Shown: one piece after another, positions 48,601 through 60,460 of the stretch | Numbering within the stretch: the stretch's first letter is position 1 | Layout: every line of letters starts with the position of its first letter | Program-made: the position numbers and the translations under genes | Assembly (NCBI GenBank): GCA_002269645.1 | Contig: NIVC01001531.1 | Location: forward strand, 2,691-66,690 | DNA length: 64,000 nucleotides | DNA from: Macrostomum lignano | Lineage: Eukaryota | Direction of reading: 5' to 3' | The notes under the pieces: generated by a model | Seen by the model: only the letters and a program-made list of their open reading frames with translations | The model's database searches: none | Told to the model about the DNA's origin: nothing

Positions 48601-51600
48601 GCAATCGATATCGCTAAATTTGGCCATCAACGGTAGAATGTATTTGGCAACTGTGTAGTCGCAGGTCTGCAATTATAAAAGGACACGGTGTACTTTTCTA
48701 ATTAAATCTTAAACAGATATTAGTGAATGAATAAACATGTGCATAAACATATTCAGAGATAATTGCTTGATATCAACAGCTAATCCGAATAAACAAAGAG
48801 ACAATTAATATCTCTACGAATATTTGAAAAAGCTTCAAACGAACGAGACAATTCTCATCATGTAGGCTTTATGAATCGGATTCATAGGGGTTCATTAGGG
48901 TCGGATTAGTGGTTCTCCCAGGAGCAGATTAGTAGGGCGAGATTCTCTCATGAGCGGATTAATAGGGCGAGATTCTCTCAGTGGCGGATTAGTAGGGCGA
49001 GACTCTCTCAGGGGCGGATTAGTAGGGCGAGACTCTCTCATGAGCGGATTAGTGGGCCGAGACTCTCTCATGAGCGGATTAGTAGGGCGAGATTCTCTCA
49101 GGGGCGGATTAGTAGGGCGAGACTCTCTCAGGGGCGGATTAGTGGGCCGAGACTCTCTCAGGGGCGGATTAGTAGGGCGAGATTCTCTCATGAGCGGATT
49201 AGTAGGGCGAAACTCTCTCAGTGGCGGATTAGTAGGGCGAGATTCTCTCATGAGCGGATTAGTCGGGCGAGATTCTCTCATGAGCGGATTAATAGGGCGA
49301 GACTCTCTCAGTGGCGGATTAGTAGGGCGAGATTCTCTCATGAACGGATTAGTAGGGCGAGATTCTCTCATGAGTGGATTAGTAGGGCGAGATTCTCTCA
49401 GGGGCGGATTAATAGGGCGAGATTCTCTCAGGGGCGGATTAGTAGGGCGAGATTCTCTCATGAGCGGATTAATAGGGCGAGATTCTCTCATGAGCGGATT
49501 AATAGGGCGAGATTCTCTCATGAGCGGATTAGTAGGGCGAGATTCTCTCAGGGGCGGATTAGTAGGGCGAGACTCTCTCAGTGGCGGATTGGTTAAAAGA
49601 CTAGAGGCTTTATCTAGATCTCATAGCTTTATCTAGAAGCTTTACAAAAAGAGAAAATATTGGTACTAATTCTTACCAATCCCTGTTCGATAAGTGGCAC
49701 CAAATGCGAAGCAATCAACCAGCAAGTTGAATCTCTACTTCTAGTAGTAGCTGATGACGAGGCGGTGGTAGCAACAGACGAAACACCAGCTGACGCGACA
49801 TTTGATGCGGAACCAGTATTGCCGCTGTGCATTGGCGCAGCTGGTTGAACAGGTTCTTGTAAACTGGCTCCAGTAACCTTAGTAGCAGCCGAGGCATCGT
49901 TGCGTGTGTCTGCGGCTAACGGTATCAGCCGCTCTAAATGCGACAGCACAGGCACTAGGCGAGTTTCTAAACGTAGCGGCGGCGCTTGCAACGGTTGATA
50001 ATCCTCCGGAATCGGGTAGCTGCAGTAGACAAAAATAGTAAAGTTTTTATAGAGTTAAAACTCTATGCTAACCTACTGTTAGTAGCAGGATGATAAATTG
50101 CTGGTGATTAAATACCCGATACTCAAACTACTGTTAGTAGTAAGAAGATTAGATTGCTGGTGATTAAATACCCGATACTCAAACTACTGTTAGTAGTAAG
50201 AAGATTAGATTGCTGGTAATTAAATACCCGATACTCAAACTACTGTTAGTAGTAAGAAGATTAGATTGCTGGTGATTAAATACCCGATACTCAAACTACT
50301 GTTAGTAGTAAGAAGATTAGATTGCTGGTGATTAAATACCCGATAACTCAATCTACTGTTAGTAGTAAGATGATTAGATTGCTGGTAATTAAATACCCGA
50401 TACTCAAACTACTGTTAGTAGTAAGAAGATTAGATTTCTGGTGATTAAATACCCGATAACTCAATCTACTGTTAGTAGTAAGAAGATTAGATTGCTGGTA
50501 ATTAAATACCCGATACTTAATCTACTGTTAGTAGTAAGATGATTAGATCGCTGGTAATTAAATACCCGATACTCAACCTATAATATTCATAGTAGCCGAT
50601 AATAGTAGCAAGATGATACGTAGATTTCTGTTAGTTTAACACCCTAAAACTGAACCTCGATAAAACCTACTAACAGTAGAACCAGATCTAAGACATTTTG
50701 CAACAAGAAACTTACGCAAAAGGCACGTCGCCAAAATTCAGAAACGCTGCCTGGCCTCGAGCTACGCTCAAAGCTGGAAAGTACGCGACGCCGGGACCCA
50801 GACGAACATTATCGAAAGCAACGCCCAGGCTGCGTCCGTTGCGATAGAACGACACGACGCCTTCGTCGCAGTCGATGCAGCAAGTGATGACGTCGTGAGG
50901 TAGCCAGGGCTGTTTAGATGTGAAAAAAATGATAAACAAAAACTGTGATCAGTTAAACAGTTTATGAAGTGCTCTATTTTTGGATTAATGGATTAGAGAT
51001 ATCTTAACAACAAATCAATTCCAAATCAGAGTATACGCTTTGATATCAATAGCCATTCCAAGACGTTAGCAAAATTTAATAAATAAAAATCAAATTTTGC
51101 ACTGTATTGGACAGCGTTCAAACGAACGAGACAATTCTCATCATGTTTGTCTGTGCATGTTTTTTTCTATTATTTGAACTCATGTTTCCAAGACAAAAGT
51201 TTAACAAACTGACAGTTTATTGCGACTAAACACCAGTCCCTCTTCTCGAAATCCCATTTTATCGAAATCTTAATTTGTCTTCCACAAATCCGATTTCCTC
51301 TTTCCCAAATCCCACAATCACTTTGCCAAATCCCAGTCCCTCATCCTCTCTTCCCACTCCCTCTTCCCTTAATCCAACTCCATCTTCCCCGAATCCCAGT
51401 CGCTCTTCCTTAACTCCCAGTCCCTCTTCTCCAATCCCAGTCCCTCTTCCTCCAAATCCCACTCCCTCTTCTCCAATCCCAGTCCCTCTTCCTCCAAATC
51501 CCACTCCCTCTTCCCTGAATCCCAGTCCCTCTTCCTCCAAATCCCACTCCCTCTTCCCCGAATCCCAGTCCCTCTTCCTCCAAATCCCACTCCCTCTTCC

Positions 51601-54600
51601 CCGAATCCCAGTCCCTCTTCCTCCAAATCCCACTCCCTCTTCCTCCAAATCCCAGTCCCTATTCCCCGAATCCCAGTCCCTCTTCCTCCAAATCCCAGTC
51701 CCTATTCCCCGAATCCCAGTCCCTCTTCCTCCAAATCCCAGTCCCTCTTCCCCGAATCCCAGTCCCTCTTCCCTGTCTTCCACAAATCCGATTTCCTCTT
51801 TCCCAAATCCCACTCCCTCTTCCCCAAATCCAACTCAATCTTCCCCGAATCCCACTCCCTCTTCCCCGAATCCCACTCCCTCTTCCCCGAATCCCACTCC
51901 CTCTTCCCCGAATCCCACTCCCTCTTCCCCGAATCCCAGTCCCTCTTCCTCCAAATCCCACTCCCTCTTCCCCGAATCCCAGTCCCTCTTCCTCCAAATC
52001 CCACTCCCTCTTCCCCGAATCCCAGTCCCTCTTCCTCCAAATCCCACTCCCTCTTCCTCCAAATCCCACTCCCTCTTCCTCCAAATCCCAGTCCCTATTC
52101 CCCGAATCCCAGTCCCTCTTCCTCCAAATCCCAGTCCCTATTTCCCGAATCCCAGTCCCTCTTCCTCCAAATCCCAGTCCCTCTTCCCCGAATCCCAGTC
52201 CCTCTTCCCTGTCTTCCACAAATCCGATTTCCTCTTTCCCAAATCCCACTCCCTCTTCCCCAAATCCAACTCAATCTTCCCCGAATCCCACTCCCTCTTC
52301 CCCGAATCCCACTCCCTCTTCCCCGAATCCCACTCCCTCTTCCTCCAAATCCCAGTCCCTATTCCCCGAATCCCACTCCCTCTTCCCCGAATCCCACTCC
52401 CTCTTCCCCGAATCCCACTCCCTCTTCCTCCAAATCACAGTCCCTATTCCCCGAATCCCAGTCCCTCTTCCTCCAAATCCCAGTTCCTCTTCCCCGAATC
52501 CCAGTCCCTCTTCCTCCAAATCCCAGTTCCTCTTCCCCGAATCCCACTCCCTCTACCTCTAAATCCCACCCCTCTTCCCCAAATCCAACTCAATCTTCCC
52601 CGAATCCTACTCCCTCTACCTCCAAATCCCACCCACTCTTCCCCAAATCCAACTCAATCTTCCCTATATTCTACTCCCTCTTCTCCGAATCCCAGTACCT
52701 CTGCCTTAAATCCCACTGTCTCTTTTCCCTGAATCCCACTGTCTTTCACTCTTTCTTCTCCAAATTCCCAGACCCTCCGTCCAAAATCCTACTCCCTCCT
52801 CCCGAAACCCCAGTCTCTTTTCCCAAATCCCACTGTTTCTTCCAAAATCCCACTCCCTCTTCGCTAATCCCCACTCCTAGGACCGGTACAAACCTCTCCG
52901 TAAGTTCCAAATTTGGCGTTCCATTTCCGCACCCTGGAGCCGTCATAGGAAAACGAATTTGGCGTGTCACCGACGCCGTTCTGAAAATAAAAAGTAAAAT
53001 TGCAATTAGCTCGTATTGCTTAAATAACAATAATAATAAAGCCTATTGCAAGACAGATTTAAATATAAATTAGGACCGATTGTACTACTGTAGATAAGAA
53101 ACAAATCTCTTCAGATATCAAACAAATCTCATGGAAGCTAAGAAACGAATCTCATCAGATAAGAAACGAATCTCATGCAAGGTAGCAAACAAATCTCATG
53201 GAAGATAAGAAACTAATCTCATGGAAGCTGAAAAACGAATCTGATCAGATAAGAAACGAATCTCATGGACGCTACGAAACGAATCTAATGAAAGCTAAGA
53301 AACGAATCTGATGGAAGCTAAGAGACGAATCTGATGGAAGCTAAGAGACGAATCTCATGGAAGCTAAGAAACGAATCTGATGGAAGCTAAGAGACGAATC
53401 TGATGGAAGCTAAGAGACGAATCTCATGGAAGCTAAGAAACGAATCTGATGGAAGCTAAGAGACGAATCTGATGGAAGCTAAGAGACGAATCTAATGGAC
53501 GCTACGAAACGAATCTGATGGAAGCTAAGAGACGAATCTCATGGAAGCTAAGAAACGAATCTGATGGAAGCTAAGAGACGAATCTGATGGAAGCTAAGAG
53601 ACGAATCTCATGGAAGCTAAGAAACGAATCTGATGGAAGCTAAGAGACGAATCTGATGGAAGCTAAGAGACGAATCTGATGGAAGCTAAGAGACGAATCT
53701 GATGGAAGCTAAGAGACGAATCTGATGGAAGCTAAGAGACGAATCTAATGGAAGCTAAGAGACGAATCTCATGGAAGCTAAGAAACGAATCTGATGGAAG
53801 CTAAGAGACGAATCTGATGGAAGCTAAGAGACGAATCTGATGGAAGCTAAGAGACGAATCTAATGGAAGCTAAGAAACGAATCTGATGGAAGCTAAGAGA
53901 CGAATCTGATGGAAGCTAAGAGACGAATCTAATGGAAGCTAAGAGACGAATCTCATGGAAGCTAAGAAACGAATCTGATGGAAGCTAACTTCTAAGAGAC
54001 GAATCTCATGGAAGCTAGAAGACGAATCTAATGGAAGCTAAGAAACGAATCTGATGGAAGCTAAGAGACGAATCTCATGGAAGCTAAGAGACGAATCTGA
54101 TGGAAGCTAAGAGACGAATCTGATGGAAGCTAAGAGACGAATCTCATGGAAGACAAGAACGAATCTGATGGAAGCTAAGAGACGAATCTAATGGAAGCTA
54201 AGAGACGAATCTCATGGAAGCTAAGAAACGAATCTGATGGAAGCTAACTTCTAAGAGACGAATCTCATGGAAGCTAAGAGACGAATCTGATGGAAGCTAA
54301 GAGACGAATCTAATGGAAGCTAAGAGACGAATCTCATGGAAGCTAAGAAACGAATCTGATGGAAGCTAAGAGACGAATCTGATGGAAGCTAAGAGACGAA
54401 TCTGATGGAAGCTAAGAGACGAATCTAATGGAAGCTAAGAAACGAATCTGATGGAAGCTAAGAGACGAATCTGATGGAAGCTAAGAGACGAATCTAATGG
54501 AAGCTAAGAGACGAATCTCATGGAAGCTAAGAAACGAATCTGATGGAAGCTAACTTCTAAGAGACGAATCTCATGGAAGCTAGAAGACGAATCTGATGGA

Positions 54601-57178
54601 AGCTAAGAGACGAATCTGATGGAAGCTAAGAGACGAATCTAATGGAAGCTAAGAAACGAATCTGATGGAAGCTAAGAGACGAATCTGATGGAAGCTAAGA
54701 GACGAATCTAATGGAAGCTAAGAGACGAATCTCATGGAAGCTAAGAAACGAATCTGATGGAAGCTAACTTCTAAGAGACGAATCTCATGGAAGCTAGAAG
54801 ACGAATCTAATGGAAGCTAAGAAACGAATCTGATGGAAGCTAAGAGACGAATCTCATGGAAGCTAAGAGACGAATCTGATGGAAGCTAAGAGACGAATCT
54901 GATGGAAGCTAAGAGACGAATCTCATGGAAGACAAGAACGAATCTGATGGAAGCTAAGAGACGAATCTAATGGAAGCTAAGAGACGAATCTCATGGAAGC
55001 TAAGAAACGAATCTGATGGAAGCTAACTTCTAAGAGACGAATCTCATGGAAGCTAGAAGACGAATCTAATGGAAGCTAAGAAACGAATCTGATGGAAGCT
55101 AAGAGACGAATCTCATGGAAGCTAAGAAACGAATCTGATGGAAGCTAAGAGACGAATCTGATGGAAGCTAAGAGACGAATCTAATGGACGCTACGAAACG
55201 AATCTGATGGAAGCTAAGAGACGAATCTCATGGAAGCTAAGAAACGAATCTGATGGAAGCTAAGAGACGAATCTGATGGAAGCTAAGAGACGAATCTGAT
55301 GGAAGCTAAGAGACGAATCTAATGGAAGCTAAGAGACGAATCTCATGGAAGCTAAGAAACGAATCTGATGGAAGCTAAGAGACGAATCTGATGGAAGCTA
55401 AGAGACGAATCTGATGGAAGCTAAGAGACGAATCTAATGGAAGCTAAGAAACGAATCTGATGGAAGCTAAGAGACGAATCTGATGGAAGCTAAGAGACGA
55501 ATCTAATGGAAGCTAAGAGACGAATCTCATGGAAGCTAAGAAACGAATCTGATGGAAGCTAACTTCTAAGAGACGAATCTCATGGAAGCTAGAAGACGAA
55601 TCTAATGGAAGCTAAGAAACGAATCTGATGGAAGCTAAGAGACGAATCTCATGGAAGCTAAGAGACGAATCTGATGGAAGCTAAGAGACGAATCTGATGG
55701 AAGCTAAGAGACGAATCTCATGGAAGACAAGAACGAATCTGATGGAAGCTAAGAGACGAATCTAATGGAAGCTAAGAGACGAATCTCATGGAAGCTAAGA
55801 GACGAATCTGATGGAAGCTAAGAGACGAATCTGATGGAAGCTAAGAGACGAATCTCATGGAAGACAAGAACGAATCTGATGGAAGCTAAGAGACGAATCT
55901 AATGGAAGCTAAGAGACGAATCTCATGGAAGCTAAGAAACGAATCTGATGGAAGCTAACTTCTAAGAGACGAATCTCATGGAAGCTAGAAGACGAATCTA
56001 ATGGAAGCTAAGAAACGAATCTGATGGAAGCTAAGAGACGAATCTCATGGAAGCTAAGAGACGAATCTCATGGAAGACAAGAACGAATCTGATGGAAGCT
56101 AATATGATAAAAAATGTGCGCCATAAAGATAATTATGGCCCAAATAGTGAACCAATTACCTCTCTGGAAAAGGTACACTTCAAGGTGCACCAGCCAATCT
56201 GCATCAGCCCGCCTGTACACAATCGCGTCTCGTAGCACCATTTGCCGCTATAGACGCAACAATTAGCTCGAGCTGTGCTAAACGAACTGTGCCCAACAAC
56301 TAATTGGCGGCGCTGATCCAATAGCACCTGGCCGCCGATGTTGGTCTCGGAGTCTAATTGTACTTTTGTTGGACCTAAACGGCCGCTATTGAAAGCTTTG
56401 AGGGCAGCTGGAATGTAGAGGATTTAGGTAAATTTGATCTTAGATCAGAATTACAACGGTTTTAATCTATGGGAATATGGATTATTAGGTGTGGGATTTG
56501 GGATTATTAGCTGTGGGATTTGAGATTATTGGCCTGTAGGACTTGGGACTATTAGCTGTGGGATTTAGGATTATTAGCTGTGGGATTTAGGATTATTAGC
56601 TGTGCGATTTGGGATTATTAGCTGTGGGATTTGGCATTATTAGCTGTGGGATTTGGGATTATTAGCTGTGGGATTTGGCATTATTAGCTGTGGGATTTGG
56701 GATTATTAGCTGTGGGATTTGGGATTATTAGCATAGGATTTGAGGGTTTGCTTGCAATCTTGCAGACACAGGGATAGAGAATATCAAGAAAGACAGCTAA
56801 GAAAAAGAAATTAACAGGACTAAACCTAAAAGCAGTACTCACAGTTAATTTTTGCCTCATCAATAGAATCTGAAATAGTTTGCTTTATATATTCGCTCAA
56901 ATTAGTCAGGGACCATTCTGATGACCTGGAATGATAGTTTCATTTTAAAATCCAATAGTGCACTGAGGAAAGTGCTAGTTAATATTGTTTTAATTATTTT
57001 TCAGACATACATTTTAAAAAAACTCACTTAGAATTGCTGAGCAACTCAGGAAAGACATGATTGAGTAGTGCATCATGGTCAGCTTGAGTAAACATGGATG
57101 AATCTAAAACATATAAACAATGCTGATTTTAGATCTTGCTTATGGATAAAATTTGATATTGAAAAACTTACCTGTCAT
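39641..57178 (-). CDS. RNF123: E3 ubiquitin ligase RNF123/KPC1 (SPRY domain plus C3HC4 RING), about 1364 aa
   Basis: Fifteen exons: 57178-57172, 57103-57028, 56925-56843, 56407-56160, 52980-52894, 50909-50716, 50019-49677, 48666-48538, 47607-47362, 46052-45702, 44832-44497, 43425-42696, 42390-41959, 41236-40920, 40156-39641. All GT-AG with compatible phases (4095 nt). Motifs: [47 protein letters not shown] and RING CPICYAH...CGHRSCGSC...CFFC. Confidence 0.93.
40270..40895. repeat. 24/30-bp minisatellite (cccatagcaacacagatcccatct)n in an RNF123 intron
   Basis: Read directly. Confidence 0.92.
41330..41775. repeat. About 25-bp minisatellite (gggaataggatcagtttggggatct)n in an RNF123 intron
   Basis: Read directly. 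Confidence 0.92.
42525..42690. repeat. (GACA)n microsatellite in an RNF123 intron; it is (TCTG)n on the coding strand
   Basis: Read directly. Confidence 0.93.
43455..44430. repeat. 28-bp minisatellite (gggaggctggtccagcaactgacactct / ...gaggatct)n in an RNF123 intron
   Basis: Period 28; source of the three spurious 270-335-aa ORFs. Confidence 0.96.
44950..45592. repeat. 24-25-bp minisatellite (gaatctctatgaaggtctggggttc)n in an RNF123 intron
   Basis: Read directly. Confidence 0.93.
46251..46432. mobile_element. About 180-bp palindromic MITE-like insert
   Basis: Arms ggaatcacccggccgtttctattggcaacac and gtgtttccaatagaaacggccgggtgaatccc, bounded on both sides by cctagg. Confidence 0.65.
46574..47295. 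mobile_element. Mutator-like (MULE) non-autonomous foldback element with a 9-bp TSD
   Basis: Inverted arms of about 250-320 bp starting GGG, containing tandem ctgccagccga subrepeats. Flanked by identical tcagtttat at 46565-46573 and 47296-47304. Confidence 0.85.
47715..48470. repeat. 23-bp minisatellite (ggacgaatctcatagtggctaga)n in an RNF123 intron
   Basis: Read directly; nearly perfect. Confidence 0.96.
48925..49590. repeat. 30-bp minisatellite (ggcggattagtagggcgagattctctcagg)n in an RNF123 intron
   Basis: Read directly; gives spurious 208-aa and 228-aa ORFs. Confidence 0.96.
50073..50580. repeat. 56-57-bp minisatellite in an RNF123 intron
   Basis: Unit ctactgttagtagtaagaagattagattgctggtgattaaatacccgatactcaaa, about 9 copies. 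Confidence 0.95.
51235..52880. repeat. About 21-22-bp C-rich minisatellite (cccgaatcccagtccctcttc)n in an RNF123 intron
   Basis: Read directly; source of the 485-aa Pro/Ser ORF. Confidence 0.95.
53100..56100. repeat. 23-bp minisatellite (gacgaatctgatggaagctaaga)n, about 3 kb, in an RNF123 intron
   Basis: Read directly; variant blocks recur. Confidence 0.97.
56470..56740. repeat. 22-bp minisatellite (gggattattagctgtgggattt)n in an RNF123 intron
   Basis: Read directly. Confidence 0.92.
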
Positions 57179-58639
57179 TTTTGCATAGATTAAAAAGAAA
57201 ATGAAAGAACCTGATTTAGGGCTGAAAAAAAGTAATTAACTTCAGAACTTTATAAAACATAATGACTATATCTTATAAATAAAAGATATACAATCAATAA
57301 AAAAATCTAAACCTTTTGCTTTTTACAAAGACACTTTTTGTGACATTATGATACTTTTTGTAAAAAACTTGTTTTAAATAATAAAAATGCAATAAATCAT
57401 TTCTTTATCTAAGTCTATATTCTTAATGTCATCCTGTCTTCCCGTGGGTTTATTGAATGCCAGTTCTCTGTTGAATTTGATAATTCTAATATATATCTTA
57501 AGAATGTTTCACAAGGCTTTTCTTTAAAAAAAGTAATACCATTATAACATCTATTAAATGTCAAAAATCTTATCTGCCTTTATAAGACACATTATTTTTT
57601 CTTCCAATATCTCTTGAAATTATGTGTTTAAAATTTCTGTAAAATATTTTGTTTATTTTGAAGAATAAACACAACTAAAGTAACTGTTTCTTATGAATTT
57701 ATCTAAAAGACAAATATATATTTTAGTAAACTGGGTGGCCATGGGATAGTTTATAAATGTATAGTTAAATGAAACTAATTCTCTTTATTGCAGACATTAG
57801 ATACATTAGCTATGGCATAGAAATATTAAAATAATTATGAATCAAGCAAATTTTGAGTAGGCCCTATTAATAAAAATTCTAAGGTTCTAATGGTTTTATT
57901 ACTTGGTAATATATATGTGTAAAAAACAAGTTTTAATAAAAAAAAGTTTTTTTATAAATCAATAAATATGTAACATTGCAATGCAAATAATATTATAACA
58001 GAACTGTTACATTTTTTATAAAAAAACTTTAAAGAAAACTTGACACTTAAAAATAGATTATTTTGTATCTTAAAAATGAAAAAATGTAAGTTCTACCATG
58101 AAGTCATAAAAAATTCAATATAATCAGTGATACAACCAGGAGTGACAGACCAAAGTAGCCATAGACCAATGTGGCCACAAGGCAAACCTATTTCTTATTG
58201 CTTTGAAGGGAAGGCTAAGAATAAGGTGAGGTATAGAAATGGAAACTTTTTCTCATCAATTCTTATCTTAACCTCTATAAGTCCATATCTTATTTGCCAA
58301 ACTATCTAGTTTTAGATAGACCTAGCTTTTGAATAACCAATAGTAAATACTATATTATTGATAATTAGGTATGTATTTATTAATTGGGTCTATAGTCAAA
58401 GTTATACAATCACAATCAATCACACAATACAATCACATTGGTCCTTTAACTTCTCTCTATATCCTAGTAGCTAGAATAGCCAATAATAATTTAGAGGTTA
58501 AAATTTGTTTCTCTTTAGGCCTATATACTAGCAATCTTTGCCCCCCGATAGGGGACATCTGGATAGAATCCTTGTTCTTTACAAATAACAAATAGACAGC
58601 AAAATAAAGCCTTCATAAAAAAACAACAGACATTCCCTC

Positions 58640-59300
58640 TTAAAAACAAAACATCCCAAGACAGCAAGCATCCTCAGACAGCATTCAAGCATTGATCCCC
58701 AAATAGCAAGCATCCCCCAGACTGCAAGCATCCCCCAGATAGCAAGCATCCCCCCAATAGAAAGCAACCCAAGATAGCAAGCATCCCCCAGATCGCAAGC
58801 ATCCCCGAGATAGCAAGCATCCCCAGATAACAAGCATTCCCCCAGACCCCAGATAGTAAGTGTCCCCCAGATAGCAAGCATCCCCCAGATAACAAGCATC
58901 CCCCAGATAGCAAGCATCCCCTCCCAGATAGCAAGCATCCCCTAGATAGCAAGCATCCCCCAGATCGCAAGCATCCCCTAGATAGCAAGCATCCCCAGAT
59001 AGCAAGCATTCTCCCAGACCCCAGATAGTAAGCATCCCGCAGATAGCAAGCATCCCCCAGATAGCAAGCATCCCGCAGATAGCAAGCATCCCCCAGATAG
59101 CAAGCATCCCCCTAGATCGCAAGCATCCCCCAGACAGCAAGCAACCCCTGATAGCAAGCATAACCTGGATACAAATAGACCTTATAGATATCTTGCAACC
59201 CCCTCTCAGATAGCAAGTACTCTCCACCCCCAAGAGCAAGCATCCCCCTGATAGCAAGTATCCATCCTTAAATAGCAAGCATCCACCAGAGAACAAGTAG
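58640..59300. repeat. 18-19-bp minisatellite (cagatagcaagcatcccc)n in Helitron copy 2
   Basis: Read directly. Confidence 0.93.
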
Positions 59301-59389
59301 CTAGTGCAACAATTTCCTTAGCTTTATAATGGTTCCATTTTGTTTGGCATGCACTTCTTTTTATGTTTGAAATGGTGTCTCTTTTTGTT

Positions 59390-60460
59390 TAAAAATGTGG
59401 CTCTTTAATGTTTGACATGGTAGCTCTTCTATGTTTGACATAGTAGCTCTTTTGTGTTTGACATGATAGCTCTTTAATGTTTGACGTGGTGGCTCTTTTG
59501 TGTTTGACATGATAGCTCTTTAATGTTTAACATTGTGGCTCTTCTATGTTTGGCATGGTAGCTCTTTAATGTTGACATGGTGGCTCTTCTATGTTTGACA
59601 TGGTAGCTCTTTAATGTTTCACATGGTGGCTCTTTAATGTTTAACATGGTGGCTCTTTAATGTTCTTCATGATGTAGCTCTTTTATGTTACACATGGTGG
59701 CACTTTAATGTTCGACATGGTGGCTCTTTAATGTTTGACATTAAGTCATATATATGTTTGACATGGTGGCTCTTAAATGTTTGACATGGTGGCTCTTAAA
59801 TGTTTGACATGGTGGCTCTTTAATGTTCAACATTGTGGCTCTTTTATGTTTGACATGGTGGCTCTTAAATGTTTGACATGGTGGCTCTTAAATGTTTGAC
59901 ATGGTGGCTCTTAAATGTTTGACATGGTGGCTCTTTAATATTCTACATGGTGGCTCTTTTATGTTTGACATGGTGGCTCTTTAATGTTCTTCATGGTATA
60001 GCTCTTTTATGGTAGACATGGTGGCTCTTTAATGTTCAACATAGTGGCTCTTTAATGTTCAAAATGGTGGCTCTTTAATATTTGACATAAAGTCACATAT
60101 ATGTTTGACATGGTAGCTCCTAAATGTTTGACATGGTGGCTCTTTATGTTTGACATGGTGAATCTTTTTTGTTCTATATGGTAACTCTTTTATGTTTTAT
60201 ATGGTGGCTTTTTAATGTTTGACATGGTGGCTCTTTAATGTTTGAAATGGTGGCTCTTTTATATTTGACATGGTGGCTCTTTAATGTTTGACATGGTGGC
60301 TCCTAATTGTTTGACATGGTGGCTCTTCAATGTTCAAAATGGTGGCTCTTTAATGTTCGAAATGGTGGCTCTTTTATGTTTGACATTGTGGCTCTTAAAT
60401 GTTTGACATGGTGGGTCTTTTATGTTTGACATGGTGGCTCTTCTATGTTTGACATTGCGC
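59390..60460. repeat. 23-bp minisatellite (tttgacatggtggctctttaatg)n in Helitron copy 2
   Basis: Read directly. Confidence 0.95.

Noticed and set aside
48895-49636. ORFs with 10-aa repeats on both strands
   Set aside because: They derive from a 30-bp intronic array.
50073-50580. Regular repeats (also 15000-15680 and 30610-30880) as possible CRISPR arrays
   Set aside because: The units are contiguous with no unique spacers, there are no cas genes, and the context is eukaryotic.
51275-52732. 485-aa Pro/Ser-rich ORF resembling an extensin or mucin
   Set aside because: It is a translation of a 21-22-bp array inside an RNF123 intron, on the antisense strand, with no unique sequence.
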